Translations under genes and position numbers: made by a program
Assembly: GCA_973895155.1 (NCBI GenBank)
Contig: OZ316897.1
Span: 16,315,838-16,379,837, forward strand
Reading direction: 5' to 3'
DNA from: Marsupella aquatica
Lineage: Eukaryota; Plantae; Marchantiophyta
Length of the DNA stretch: 64,000 nucleotides
Notes under the pieces: generated by a model
Seen by the model: the letters and a program-made list of their open reading frames with translations, nothing else
Told to the model about the DNA's origin: nothing
The model's database searches: none
Part shown: piece after piece, positions 39,101 to 50,933 of the stretch
Position numbering within the stretch: position 1 is the first letter of the stretch
How the letters are laid out: each line of letters begins with the position of its first letter

Positions 39101-39544
39101 TACTTGATGATGCTTGGTAGAACCAATCATAGACGTCTCTCTCTCCGGCGCATCAGGAGTGCGGGTATTTTCAGCAGGCCTGATAGACTTGTGCTCTTCT
39201 TCACCAGAGCTCTCCTTTCGATTCGTATCACATTCAGATAGTGTCTTCATTGGCGGCAACGGTGATGGCTGCAGCGGTGATGGCTGTAGCTGTGATGGCT
39301 GTGTGACTCCGGTATTGCTGCTCCCATTGCATTCATTCACCCATCTCCTCAACTTCTTCCTGTGCACCCATGTCTTCATCCCCACACTGTCAAAGAAAAG
39401 TTGCCAATCATCCCCATCCATACAGAAGAAGCTTTCCCTAGTAAGATCCAACTCCTCAATTTTGGAAGTGTACATTGTCGATTCTAAACATCGATCAATG
39501 TTTTCACACAATTCCTTACACGTAAGCCTGCTCCATTCATGCAT
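36115..39544 (-). pseudogene. Uncharacterised multi-exon gene with N-terminal SAM-like domain; at least one premature stop (38689); possibly transposon-associated
   Basis: N-terminus HEWSRLTCKELCENI...YTSKIEELDLTRESFFCMDGDDWQLFFDSVGMKTWVHRKKLRRWV fits the SAM pattern. Collinear coding blocks carry GT donors at ~39103, 38560, 38022, 37260, 36758 and 36118. Confidence 0.55.
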
Positions 39545-42200
39545 TGCAACTCTGTTTCAATCAACGTCGATCAAGTGTAGGAAACTCTGAAGATCGACTT
39601 CACTTTGAAGATCGACTTCACTCCAGGCGTACGCGTAGCAAAAATAGTGAAATACAGAGGGGGACTTAAAACAAAAAGGGAGTATTACACCAAGCGCACT
39701 CATTGCCTCTCTCGTTCATCGTTCGTTTGAATCGCCCGCCCGCGCGTGTTGAAGGTAAAGGCTGCGGGTTCATCGTCCGTTTGAATCGCCCGCCCGCGCA
39801 TGTTCGAGGTAAAGGCTGCAAGGCAAGTAGTGCATGCGTTGCCCGCCTCAAAGCTGGTCCTCGTCAATTTTGAACTGACCGCCCTGGTCCAAATTAATAA
39901 TGTCACTCTTCAAAATGCGATATATCCGCAGTCCATTGTGTCAACCGCATCGCTGATTTTGTTTCTATCCAGCCAATTTAGGCCGGGGATTTAGGAGTTG
40001 CGGTCATGATTATACAGCTGGGAAATTTTCCCTCACTCTACTATTCTAGGCCTAACTCAAAAGTCCACGCAGTTTGGATTACTATGACAAGTTAGGACAA
40101 GATACAAACTATTCCCATGGAGACTAGCGTAGCCTGCGCTTCGGGAAGTAAAGCCGCCAGCTGCGATGACCTTCTGATCAATCAGAAGCCTATGTGGCAA
40201 ATACCCTACATAGGATACCAAGAAGATAAGGCTGGCCTCAGTTTCCCTCCAGTTTTAGAGGGATCGTTTCCGCGGGAACGATTCCAAAGGTACTAAAGAG
40301 TGGAGGTCATTGACCGTAGCTCACACCTCCCACTCTAAGTGTTCGATCCTCCTTTGTGCGAGCTCAGACAACTTCAGAATAAGTTTTACACGTTCGCGCC
40401 CGATAACATCATCCAAAACATGGAAGTCCACAGGCCACCTGCGGATCTTCGTACTACGTGGGAGAATTCTCTGTCAAATCCCATGCCACCTTGTGCGATA
40501 TCCTGTAATGTGTTTTGGATTTGGTAGAAATTATTGGCAGCACTCGGAGTCAATTCTTTTGATTGCAATAGTTTTTGCTTATGATTTGAGTTTGAAATGT
40601 GCTCGCAGGTCAAATACAGGGTTCTCGTATACTTCAAAGCGAAAGCAGATCTTACCTTTACCACCCACTTCTTCCTTAGCCCGGGCTTACTAGTAAATAT
40701 CCTACAGTACCATTTACGCATCCTTGAAACTCGTCATCGATTTCACCGATCCCAAGGCTGGCCAGCCACCCCCTGTACACCGATCCTTAGAAACCAACTA
40801 AACCATATATCTTCTTCATGTCCGGTGTGCTCTGATCGATGGAACAGGTATGAATCTGGATGTTCAATGATACAGACTCCGCGATCTATTTTCATGCAAC
40901 ATGCATCATTAATTATATATGGTATGTGGAATGTTTTGCAGGCTACGCAGGTCATATGAAACAGGTAGAGCATTAATATCAGAGGAAGTGAAGAAGCGGA
41001 TGTGACGTAGTTTGTTCTGCCGGTGCGAGGTATGTGCGAGGTATGTGAGGGGTATGTTTGGGGTATTTGTGGTTATGCTCGTTCCAACACTAATGTTACA
41101 AGGTTAGTATGAGAATGAACTCGGATATTTAGAACAGACCACACTTTTTGAGTCTTTGAGATTACAGTTGAAGCAATATACATCATGAGCGCCATGCTGA
41201 CAAAGGTGTTGTGGCATCGTCCGAGGCTGATGCCTGTTTTGTGGCAACCGCCCGGGTTGCCTTGTCAGGTAACCGGGTTGTTAGTATGCTGTCCACCCCC
41301 CCTTGCCAACCGGTATGCAGTGGTAAGTTGTCGCAAAAGATAATTTTACGACCTATTTTACGCATATGGAAGTTGTCGTCTATTTTTTCATGATTACTTA
41401 CTTCTTCATTGAGTTGCAGGCGTTGCCCCGGCCTTCAAAGCGCAAACTCCATTATTCATTTACATACATTACCCATCAATTCTCCATAAATATAATGAAC
41501 ACCTACTGGAACAAGAACACATCTGCCATAAATGTATTGTTTGGGGTCACGTTGTTTTTACGGTTGTCTGTATGCTTGTGTTTTTTTTCCCTTCCTGGTC
41601 GTTGGGATCGATGGAGCCGCGGATCCGCCCAATGAGTTTCAGGTGTTTCTCTGTTTTTTTGGTCTGTTGATGTCCGGAGATTGGGGAGGGGCCCTTACCC
41701 AATTCTCCGTGAACTATGATGACCCACTACATGATGTCGCTGCAATCCGCAAAAGCGCTATAGTGGCTGAGTTCTACTTGCTGTCCTGTATCAGAGTTTG
41801 AAGTTGGAAGTTTTCCTTGAGAAATTGCGCACAAATTGCAAAATGAAAAATTGCCGAGACCCATTCATCGATTAAACACTAGCCGAGACCCATTCATCGA
41901 TTAAACACCAGCCGATTAACACCCAATTACTTTCTGGTACGTTTTAACAAACGCATCGTGGACATCACAACCTTCATTTAACAGATGCAGGTCTGAGCCC
42001 CCCTTTATTGCACATTGAAAATAAGTCGACCATTCACATACATACATTCTGGTCCCACTTGCCCCACAAACCAAGCATACACGTTATGCCATATCAAACC
42101 AAAATGGCAGGTCATTGCATGGCCTGTAGGAACCTTACAAACTAAAAGACTCCTGCCCAAAATGCCAAACCGTCGTACGTTGTGCTTGCATCTGGTCACA

Positions 42201-42905
42201 TCAGATATGAGTTGCATCCAAACTATCAAGCAGGTCCTGCAATCTACATCTAACAGAACTAAGCTGCGACGCCGTGGCCGGGTCTGAAGCATTAATAGAT
42301 GATCTTGAAGATTCTGCTGTATGCCTCCCTTGTGCAGTATGATAACTTGAAGGTACACTGTCCGTCTTCAACTTCGTCTTCCGTGGAGTGACAGAAGTAG
42401 GCACCACAGAATGCAAGATCTCACAGTCATCATCGCTTACAGGTGACAAGGAATTAATAATGGCCTCACCGTCTTTGCAGTGGATCACTACGTCCACACA
42501 TTCCATCTTTGTTGTAGCTCTATGGACAGTAGCAAACTGGACAAAGTCTTCCTTCTCGCTAAAATCCTGCGGAGGCATCCCTATGAGATCAGTCGCTACA
42601 TCAAAAATCTTAGCTCGCACTGGAGGGAAGTGTGGCCCGATAGTAGAGTCAACCAGGAACACCTCAAAACGATACCTTTCTATCCAGGTCCCAGCAGCAA
42701 CCAAATTATGGGGACATCAACTTGACCCTTCAACAGTGCGATTACACATCCACCCAGGTGTCACAAAGCGAGTACATCCATGGTATAGAAACTTCCGCGG
42801 AAAATCGATTGGAGCATCAAAATTGACCACAAAAACCCTCATCGATGGGAAGGTCCTCGTTTCTCCAGCATTGCAGCAGCCAACGACATCTTTAAGTGTG
42901 GCCAT
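42201..42905 (-). pseudogene. RPA70 C-terminal (DBD-C)-like Zn/OB-fold ssDNA-binding protein, single exon, one in-frame stop at 42717
   Basis: MATLKDV...FLYHGCTRFVTPGWMCNRTVEGSS*CPH...RYRFEVFLVDST...AKIFDVATDLIGMPPQDF resembles the Rep_fac-A_C pattern (Y.AC..C.++V....C....RY.+.+.+.D.T.....F...A..++G). Confidence 0.6.
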
Positions 42906-43025
42906 GTCTTTGAAAAGAGCCGCCCAGCAGAAATCCAAACAATAGTGGCGAAGGGCAGGCACTCAGCCGGGCGCAAGCACTACTCAGGAAGGGATGAATA
43001 CCGATCTGCAATGGTTGCGAATCAA

Positions 43026-46000
43026 TGTGGTGCATCCCATGGCTCCCTAAACCCAAGAAACCCCCAGCTCAAGCCGATTCCCGCAGGTTTCGTGCTTGGC
43101 GAGGCCGTTTCCGCGGCTTAGCGGCATGGGACGCTGCTAACCTTCTACTACTACTATTAACATTTTACACACATATACTGGACAGATCCTTCATCGGGTC
43201 ATGAGATACGTAGTCGGCCTAATATAGGCCTTCCCCTGTCTTCCCCTCCGTCTTGTTAGGTATGTTTGGATTCCGCCGCCGGAATGATCCCCAATAGGCT
43301 TGGTTAAGCCGCTAAGACCTCTCTTAGCTCGACACATCCAACTCTCACTCCCCTGCTTACTTTCCTTCCTTCTGTTGATGTGGGCACTCTTCACACAAGT
43401 TAATGCGACACACAAATAGCAAAATGACTCATTCTGACTGAGTCATACCATGCACTTGCCATACAAATAGTACATCTCATACACAAGTTCTGCGAACTAA
43501 GCCGTGAGGCCAACTCTATTCAACTCTTAGGCATGAGGAAACATGAATATACACAAGGGTCACTGTATGACTAACCGAGAGCTTCTCGTACTACTTGATC
43601 CCAGCCCGGCTGGTGCAAACTAAAAACTTGCTAAAGAAGAGGCCCTGAGCTCCCCGCTGCCCAGGTACTTATCCTGGTAGTGGATCCGCCATTCTTTGCA
43701 TCGTAAGCCTAATCTACTTAACAGTAATCTACTTGCCCGAATCTACCTATGTACAGCAAGGCAGGAGCACAAGTGTTGCTCCTACCAGTGGGACCGCAAT
43801 CCCACTAAGCTAAGTGTCAGGGCCGCTCCTGGTTCTGATCCTAATCCTAAACGTGGAGATCCGCGCCCGCCCTGCCCACTCACGCCTCCTCCCTCCACGT
43901 CCGCCCTCCCTAAAAGGAACGGCGCCCTTGCACCGTCACGACACCGGTGGTGGATCCTTAATGGACGCCCCCAACGCTTCCTCCTCAGCCACTGCCGTAG
44001 GCTCATTCCCTGACAGATTACCTGCCCTTGACTGAGTCAACTCTCCATCGGCCTGACTGGGTCCACCATCGGTGTCGGCTCGAGAATCGGTTACGGCCTC
44101 AGCCTCGGCTACGGTCTCCCCGGCCTGCTCAAGAGGCGGATCTGGAATACTGGCCTCCTTACTGAGTAGTTCGGCTTGGGCCGCACCATCCCTACCTATG
44201 ATCATAGCGGGATCTATTGCCGTATTCATGTCGGAGGATGGTGCTGGTTCTACCTCTTTGGTCACCACGGCTTGTGGAGTCGGATTACTCCTTGACCCTG
44301 AAGGTTTCCGCTTTTTCTTCTTTTTCTGGTTCGGCAGCTGGTCCCTTCCCCTTCCCACTTACCTCCGGCACTGGTGCAGTTGGCGCGGCTTTTTCTTCGG
44401 CCAGTACCACTCCTGGTAACTTGGTTGCCCCAATTGGAGTTGGGCCTGATGAAGACAAGCACCTAAATACTGTGGCTTGTTTCTTCAGCCGCTCCGTTTG
44501 GTTATCGGCCCGCCGCTGGAGGTTCTCCATCTTCCTCGTGATTTCCTCCAACTCCTCCTGGGTCTCATCCAGGTCCTTGCGTGCCTCCTCTAGTTCCTTC
44601 TGGGCTTCCTCCCGTTCTTGTTTCAAGGTAGTCCTCTCCTCCTGGGTTGCTTTTAGCTCCTTGTCGAGCTCTGCAATGATGATAGACTCCATCTGGTTCA
44701 TCTTGGCGTAAGTCTGTTCGAGCATCTCGTCCTTCTCCCTTAGGTCGGCCTTGAAGCTGGCCGTCAGGGACGCAAGCTCCTGCTGCAGCGCCATAATCCC
44801 TTGATAGGATTTCCCTAACTCGGCCTCCTTCTGCTCAAGGGCTCCGCGGATTTTCTCGAGCTCCCCTTTCAATGCCCATTCCTTTCTTTGGGTCTCCGCC
44901 ATGGCCCGGCTGTTGGCTGTTATGTGGGCCTCCTCTGTATTCTTCAGCTCTTGCTTCCACTTCTCCCTCTCTTTGATCGTGTCGGCCAACTCTTCCTGCG
45001 TCTGAGTCAGTTTATCCTTGATATTCTGATTATCAGCCTGCACGGTGTCCAACTGCCCCTGCATGATGTTCAGCTCATGTCGTTTAATCCGCAGTTCATC
45101 TTGGGCTTTCTTGGCCGCCCTTAGATCTTCAATCTCGGCTTCCATCCTCCTAAGCCGCCGAATGACCTCGTCCTTCTTGCTTCTCTCTAAAGCCACCACT
45201 TCTTCTAATTGGTGCTTCTCCAACTGCTCCCTATGGAAAAAGGGTCCTACCTCCAACTCCTCTCCAAAGATGCCGAGCGCAAGTTCCCCACACATCTCAC
45301 CATACTCCATGGCTCTATTCTTAGCGTAGGTGGAGTAAGTAGAAGTGATCGGCATCGCCCATCGCGGCCTCTGCTCCCAAGCCGTCCTGCGGATCTCTTC
45401 AATCGTGGCTAGAGGTTTGCTTCCTTTTTTGGCTAGCCGCCTGATGTCCTCCGGCCAATCTCCTCCTGGTAAATCCTTTTCCTTAGCCAGGGCGGCCTCC
45501 TCCTCCTGCTTGATTCGCTCCTGAAATTCCTACACCGTCTGTTTTATGCCGTCGAAGCTCGGGGGAGCAACATCTGGTGGGGGAGACTCAGGGCTACTCT
45601 GCTGGTTGGGGTCCCCTCGCACTACCCTTGGAAGTGTGGGGACAAACCGGCCACAGGTCCTTACTCCTGGAACGTGATGGTCCGACCCATAGCCGGAATT
45701 ATCATGGCTGCAGTCCTCCACTGCCTCCTCTACCTCTTGGACGTCCGGCTTCTCCCTCTCCTCTTCGTCGGTAGGAGCTTCAGGCAATTCTGCCTCAGAT
45801 TCGGAGCTTGAGGTTCCCACGTACATTCGAACACCTGGCTTGGATTCCGGCCTGATTCTCTCCTTGTCTCCAGCAAAGGGGTTTTCTCTTGTGAGCCGGT
45901 GTAGGCCTACCTCTGTAGTAGTGTCCTGCATTGTTGCCGTTGCCGTTGTTGTTGCCGATGCCGATTTCTTTTCTTTCTCCAGTAGTTTCAGCAGACTCTG

Positions 46001-47678
46001 CATGCCTGGTTGCTGCATCGGCAAGTCCTCCTTCCTGGGCCTAAACACCTGCTTGATCGTAGGACTAACAGGTGGTTGAGGCTTCTCAGCCAACGGCCTC
46101 GGCATTGGAGCTTCCTCGGGTGCCCTTACCTGCAGGGGAAGTACCGGGGCAAAAGTCTGACCTCTGGCATACCGGCACAACAGCGGCATATGATAGCCCA
46201 GCCGCGACACGCTCCCCATGCCGATTACCTGCTGCTCCTCCTTTAAGATCTTCTTCAATTGGTTGAGGAGGTACCCGTTGTAGTCCCGGCTTGGGTCTGG
46301 CCTTTCTGCCAGATAGACCTGTGCCTTGCCGATCTCTGCCCTCGGCAAGTTACAATGCATGGTCACCCGCAAGAAGTCGATCATCTCTCCTATGTGCGGG
46401 TTGGTGCAGGTGTTCCGGAAGAAGCCATTCTTCGTTGATGGCCCGGGGAACGACCGGAACTCCTTGTCAGGCAAGGTCTTCCTGGTATCAACTTTGGTCT
46501 TATTGCCTATCGGCAGGCCAAACACTTCGGCAATTACCTTGGGAGTAAGATAGAAATCCTTCCCATATATCCTCGTGCAATTGGTCTCGGGTTCCCATGA
46601 CCCCACGAATTCTAATAGGTCTGACTCCGGTACCTCCGGCTTCAGCCATGGTAATCTTACAAAGGCCTCCAAGCCGGATCCGGCCATGAAGCCTTGGTAC
46701 TTCTTGGTCTGCATGGCCGTAAAGCATGCATCCTCCTCCCGTGCAAAATGTAGTTGCACCTCCACCGGTAGGGTTGCCGCCCAGCCCTTCCAGGTGTCAT
46801 CCCTGGTTGGAATGGCCTTGATGGGATCGACCTCCTCCTCTTCGGCTTCTCCCTGCCTCCTGTTCTGCTGCTCGGCTGGCTTCTTTGGTGCCGCCGACCT
46901 CGTTCTTTTTGCCGGGGTGGCTTCATCGTTGACGGCTCCCTTCCTCTTCATCTCTGCTGCCGTGGAGGTTTCTCCTAGCACCGTTGCCTGGGTCCACCTT
47001 TCCATGCTACCCTTTAATTCCTAGTGTATGTCATTGCAGTTCTTGATGGCCTCTGGGATGCCGACGACGCTGTCTTTGCAAAACAGAAGATCGTCGAGTT
47101 GATTGGAAGTAGGCGTCCACAGGAACTCGTCCTTGATGAGTTCGCCTCCTAAGAAAGCCGTCTTCTGCAGCTCCCACAATCGAGCGAGCTCCTGCCGTTC
47201 TCGAGCTGCCCTTTTTGACTCCTCGTCCTCGTAAGTCTTGATGTACTCAGTTGCCCGTTCGAACAGGCATCCCCAGAAATGTGCCGCTTGATTGACGTTG
47301 CTCATACCCTCCTTAGGTCGATCGTCAGTATCTACTCTCTCCCCGAGTGCTTGCCTAAGCAGCTGACAGTAGTTGGCCTCCCGTAGTCGTCTGCCTAGTT
47401 CATGCTCGCAAATGAGCCACCATCTCCTGCAAGCGCTCCTTACCCCTCTCCTCCGCCGGTCCTTCTTCCCGTTGATCCTTCCTAGCCACCGACGCTTAAC
47501 GCGCCCTAACCCTAATCGGGTTTTCACCCTCAGCCTTACCTCCGGCCTCGGCCCGGGTTCCATGGTTGCCCCTAATTGTTTATATTTTCCTTGTTTTGTC
47601 CCTATACTAAGGTGTTCCTAGGGTGCCTTCCTGCTTTACCCACTTAACCGGCCGAGTGATTCCTGTCTAGGCATCACA
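43026..47678 (-). repeat. 3' LTR, 4,653 bp, containing a long ORF
   Basis: Begins TGTGATGCCTAGAC 2 nt after the PPT and ends ...GCACCACA. Both ends are shared with the copy at 53901-56464, and the start is also shared with 60324. Confidence 0.92.
43936..47563 (-). pseudogene. LTR-embedded ORF (~1,208 aa reconstructed): basic N-terminus, PMD/transposon-protein-like domain, acidic linker, long coiled coil, KKKKRK patch
   Basis: ORFs 47563-47021, 47005-45530 and 45355-44285 share one frame, separated by single TAG codons that are TGG and CAG in the third copy. A 1-nt insertion at 44321-44325 is absent in the third copy. ATG context is gcaaccATGG. Confidence 0.85.
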
Positions 47679-50600
47679 TAGCTCCCCACTTAATTGTGAA
47701 GCGTCCTCGCGAACAACTTCATCTTCGTCCATATAGTATTTCTTGAGGCGGTCATAATGGATGCGAACTGGATATACCTCTCCCGTAATGTTGGCCAATT
47801 GTACGGAGCCATTGGGGAACATCATGGTTACTCTAAAGGGTCCTAACCAGCGAGTGTAAAGCTTTCCTGGAAACCTACTATACCTACTGTCATAAAGTAG
47901 CACAAGATCACCGGTATGAATACTAACTACTTTTAACCTTTTATCATACTGCTGCTTCATGATATTCTGTCTATATTCTACTCTCTCGGCTGAAATCATT
48001 CTCGCTTCCTCTAAAGCTTCTAACCTATATTCTCGCTCCTTTAGGCTCTCCTCCGCTGAGGCTCTTTCCTCAATTGTAACTTGAAATGTCGGTATCTCAA
48101 GTTGCATGGGTACCAGGGCTTCTTGTCCAAAGGTTAAGAAGAAGGGTGTATGACCGGTAGTGGATTTATAGGCAAGATTGTAAGCAAAAATAGCAGCAAA
48201 CAATTTATCATCCCAATCGAGTTTGTTCTGAGCTACTGTCTTGTTCAATATCTTTCCTATAATTCCGTTTGCTCGTTCTGTCAACCCGTTTGCCTTTGGA
48301 TGGTAGGGAGTAGTAGGCCTATGTTTAACTAAATACTGCTCATTTAAACGACTAATTATATCATTCAAAAAATGGGTTCCTCTATCACTAACTAATTCTA
48401 GGGGTGCTCCATACCTGGTGAAGATCTGCTCATACATGAATCTAGCCGTAGTAATTGCATCATCCTTCGTTGTTGGTCTGGCCTCTACCCATTTAGTTGC
48501 ATAATCCATAGCCAGGATTATGTACTTGTTCCGTCGAGGGTGGGTCAGTGGTTTCAGAGGTCCAATGTAATCAATACCCCACTTCTCGAATGGTGCCAGA
48601 GGTAGAATAGGGTGCAGTGGATGCCTGGTGGACGCCCTTGGTCCTCCCGCTCGTTGACAAGGATCGCATTGTTTGATAAACTGATAGACATCTTTGTGCA
48701 AGGTGGGCCACCAGTAACCGGCATTTAATATCTTTTTAGACGTGGTTACTGGGGCAAAATGTCCTCCGGCCTCCTCTCCATGCATGGCCCATAGGACTCG
48801 TTTTACCTCTCTCTTTTCCAAACATCTTTGAATCGTGCCGTTGATTCCATGCTTGTGCAGTATGCCTTTAATGCACTGATACTGTCTGACCTTCCGCACA
48901 AAGACTGCGGCTTGCTCTCGGCTTAATCCTGGCTGTAATCTGGAAGTGCTGAGAAATTGTAAAATCTCAGGGTACCATGTACCAGCTATTTCCACAACGA
49001 ATAGCTCCTCGTCGGGGAATCGATCATCGATGCAATCCGTGGCAGGTTTACCTGTGATCCTTGAAAAGAAGTCGGCATTGGCATGTAACTTTCCCGGCTT
49101 GATCCTCAGCTCATAGTCAAACTCCTGTAATAGCAAAATCCATCTTGCTACTCTGCCTGTAAGGTCCGGCTTATTGACTAGGTACTTCAAACTTTCATGA
49201 TCAGTATGAAAGATTACCTTGTACCCTAGTAAATAATGCCTAAACTTTTTACAAGAATAAATGACTCCTAATGCTTCTCTTTCCGTGGTAGAGTAGTTCC
49301 GTTCGGCATCGGCAAGCTGACGGCTTGCAAAGTATATGGGATGGTCCCTTCCTTTCTCATCCAACTGACTTAGTACTGAGCCAATACAGAAGCCCGAGAC
49401 ATCTACAAAAACATGAAAATCTTTGTTCCAGTCCGGTGCTATCATGACTGGGGCCTCTACTAACATCTGCTTCAATTCTACCACCGCTGTGACTCGTTCG
49501 GGTGTGGGTTCGAAGTCTGCTCCTGCCTTGAGCATATTGGTTAATGGTAAAGCTAGCTTGGCAAAATCCTTGATGAACCGGCGATAGTAACCAATGCATC
49601 CCAAGAAGGATCTTACATCCTTTATGTTCTTAGGTTGCATGATATCTAGCCATACTGCTAGCTTACCTTTGTCAATCTCAATGCCCTTCCTTGATACCTT
49701 GTGACCTAGTAGCACCCCCTCGGTTACTGCAAAAAAACATTTATCTAGGTGTAACTTGAGACCCACCTCTCTACATCTCATGAAGGTTTTCCTGAGGTAT
49801 TTAGCATGTTTCGATGCCTTCCCGAATACTGCAAAGTCATCAATGAAGATTTCCATGAACTTTCTCAAGTAATCATGAAAAATGTTCACCATTAATCGTT
49901 GGAACATAGCTGGTGCGTTGCAGAGTCCAAACGGCATACGATTGAAGACATAGATCCCCCATTCCATGATGAAGGCCGTCTTGATTTGGTCTTCCTGCCG
50001 AATCCTGATTTGGTTATAACCAGAGTATCCATCCATGAATGAATATAGTTCATGACTGGCTACCATGTCTAGTACCATATCAGTAAACGGTAAAGGAAAA
50101 TGGTCTTTTAATGTTGCTTCATTTAGCTTCCTGTAATCCTGACAAACCCGGATCTTGGGTTTACCATCGGGTCCAGCTTTCTTGGGAACTATCACAATTG
50201 GAGACACCCAGTCTGAATGCAGGACTGGAGTGATGAATCCAGCTTCCACTAGTTTGTCGATTTCTGTTTTGACCAGCAGGGAATACTTCGGGTTCATCCT
50301 TCGAATTGGTTGTCGAAATGATTTGGCTCCTAACATGAGATCAATTCGATGTTCCCCTAGTGTTGGATCTACTCCCTTTAGATCTTGGTGACTCCATGCA
50401 AACACATCCTGAAATTCAATCAATAAGTCACTGATCTCTTTCTCGAGCTCAGGTGCTAGGTTTCTCCCTAAGTTCAGTTCTCTTCCCTCTCCTAAGTCGA
50501 GCTTCCGATATTGCCGTGCTTGGATCATATTAATCTGCTTCTTCAAATTCGGGTCCAGTTCGGCTTCCAGTCTCTCTAATCTCATACCTCCATAAACTGG

Positions 50601-50933
50601 GATCTCGGCTGGACTAGCCGAGTCGGTCCCTTCCTTGGTGTCCATAGATTGTCCCCTTACCGGTCTCTTCGGTTTTGAATTAGTGGTCGGCTCCCCTTCC
50701 TGCCTTGGCTCTGGATCGTGTCTGTCCATCTCATCCACCTCTTGCTCCTGAGAGTTAGGCCGCTGTGCTCTCTCGGCTTCTAATAGGGCCTCAATTTGTT
50801 CTGCCCTCGTAATCGGCTTGTATGCCGATCCCTTGGTATTTAATTCCTTGCCGATGATCGATGGCGTTGTGAACCCTGCCGGCTCTGCCACAACGCCTAC
50901 AGAAAATCCACTGTCCCTGCTACTGCTCCCCAC
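47667..50933 (-). CDS. pol: Pol: reverse transcriptase, RNase H, integrase (uninterrupted 1,088-codon ORF; stop lies inside the LTR)
   Basis: SFMDGYSGYNQI, MPFGLCNAPAMFQR, FIDD; RNase H FVDVSG...YSTTEREALG...TDH; integrase H..GGHF...CDPCQR, WGIDYIGP, VSDRGTHF, NGLTER, WLGPF. Confidence 0.96.
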   Translation of the reverse strand: MGSSSRDSGFSVGVVAEPAGFTTPSIIGKELNTKGSAYKPITRAEQIEALLEAERAQRPNSQEQEVDEMDRHDPEPRQEGEPTTNSKPKRPVRGQSMDTKEGTDSASPAEIPVYGGMRLERLEAELDPNLKKQINMIQARQYRKLDLGEGRELNLGRNLAPELEKEISDLLIEFQDVFAWSHQDLKGVDPTLGEHRIDLMLGAKSFRQPIRRMNPKYSLLVKTEIDKLVEAGFITPVLHSDWVSPIVIVPKKAGPDGKPKIRVCQDYRKLNEATLKDHFPLPFTDMVLDMVASHELYSFMDGYSGYNQIRIRQEDQIKTAFIMEWGIYVFNRMPFGLCNAPAMFQRLMVNIFHDYLRKFMEIFIDDFAVFGKASKHAKYLRKTFMRCREVGLKLHLDKCFFAVTEGVLLGHKVSRKGIEIDKGKLAVWLDIMQPKNIKDVRSFLGCIGYYRRFIKDFAKLALPLTNMLKAGADFEPTPERVTAVVELKQMLVEAPVMIAPDWNKDFHVFVDVSGFCIGSVLSQLDEKGRDHPIYFASRQLADAERNYSTTEREALGVIYSCKKFRHYLLGYKVIFHTDHESLKYLVNKPDLTGRVARWILLLQEFDYELRIKPGKLHANADFFSRITGKPATDCIDDRFPDEELFVVEIAGTWYPEILQFLSTSRLQPGLSREQAAVFVRKVRQYQCIKGILHKHGINGTIQRCLEKREVKRVLWAMHGEEAGGHFAPVTTSKKILNAGYWWPTLHKDVYQFIKQCDPCQRAGGPRASTRHPLHPILPLAPFEKWGIDYIGPLKPLTHPRRNKYIILAMDYATKWVEARPTTKDDAITTARFMYEQIFTRYGAPLELVSDRGTHFLNDIISRLNEQYLVKHRPTTPYHPKANGLTERANGIIGKILNKTVAQNKLDWDDKLFAAIFAYNLAYKSTTGHTPFFLTFGQEALVPMQLEIPTFQVTIEERASAEESLKEREYRLEALEEARMISAERVEYRQNIMKQQYDKRLKVVSIHTGDLVLLYDSRYSRFPGKLYTRWLGPFRVTMMFPNGSVQLANITGEVYPVRIHYDRLKKYYMDEDEVVREDASQLSGELCDA
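47679..47692 (-). other. Polypurine tract
   Basis: TAAGTGGGGAGC-TA immediately before the TG of the 3' LTR. Confidence 0.8.

Noticed and set aside
43026-43930. Interpretation as a short (~0.7-0.9 kb) LTR with an env-like ORF in the internal region
   Set aside because: Homology between repeats continues through the ORF to a common TGTGATGCC boundary, which has the PPT in one copy and unrelated flanks in two others.
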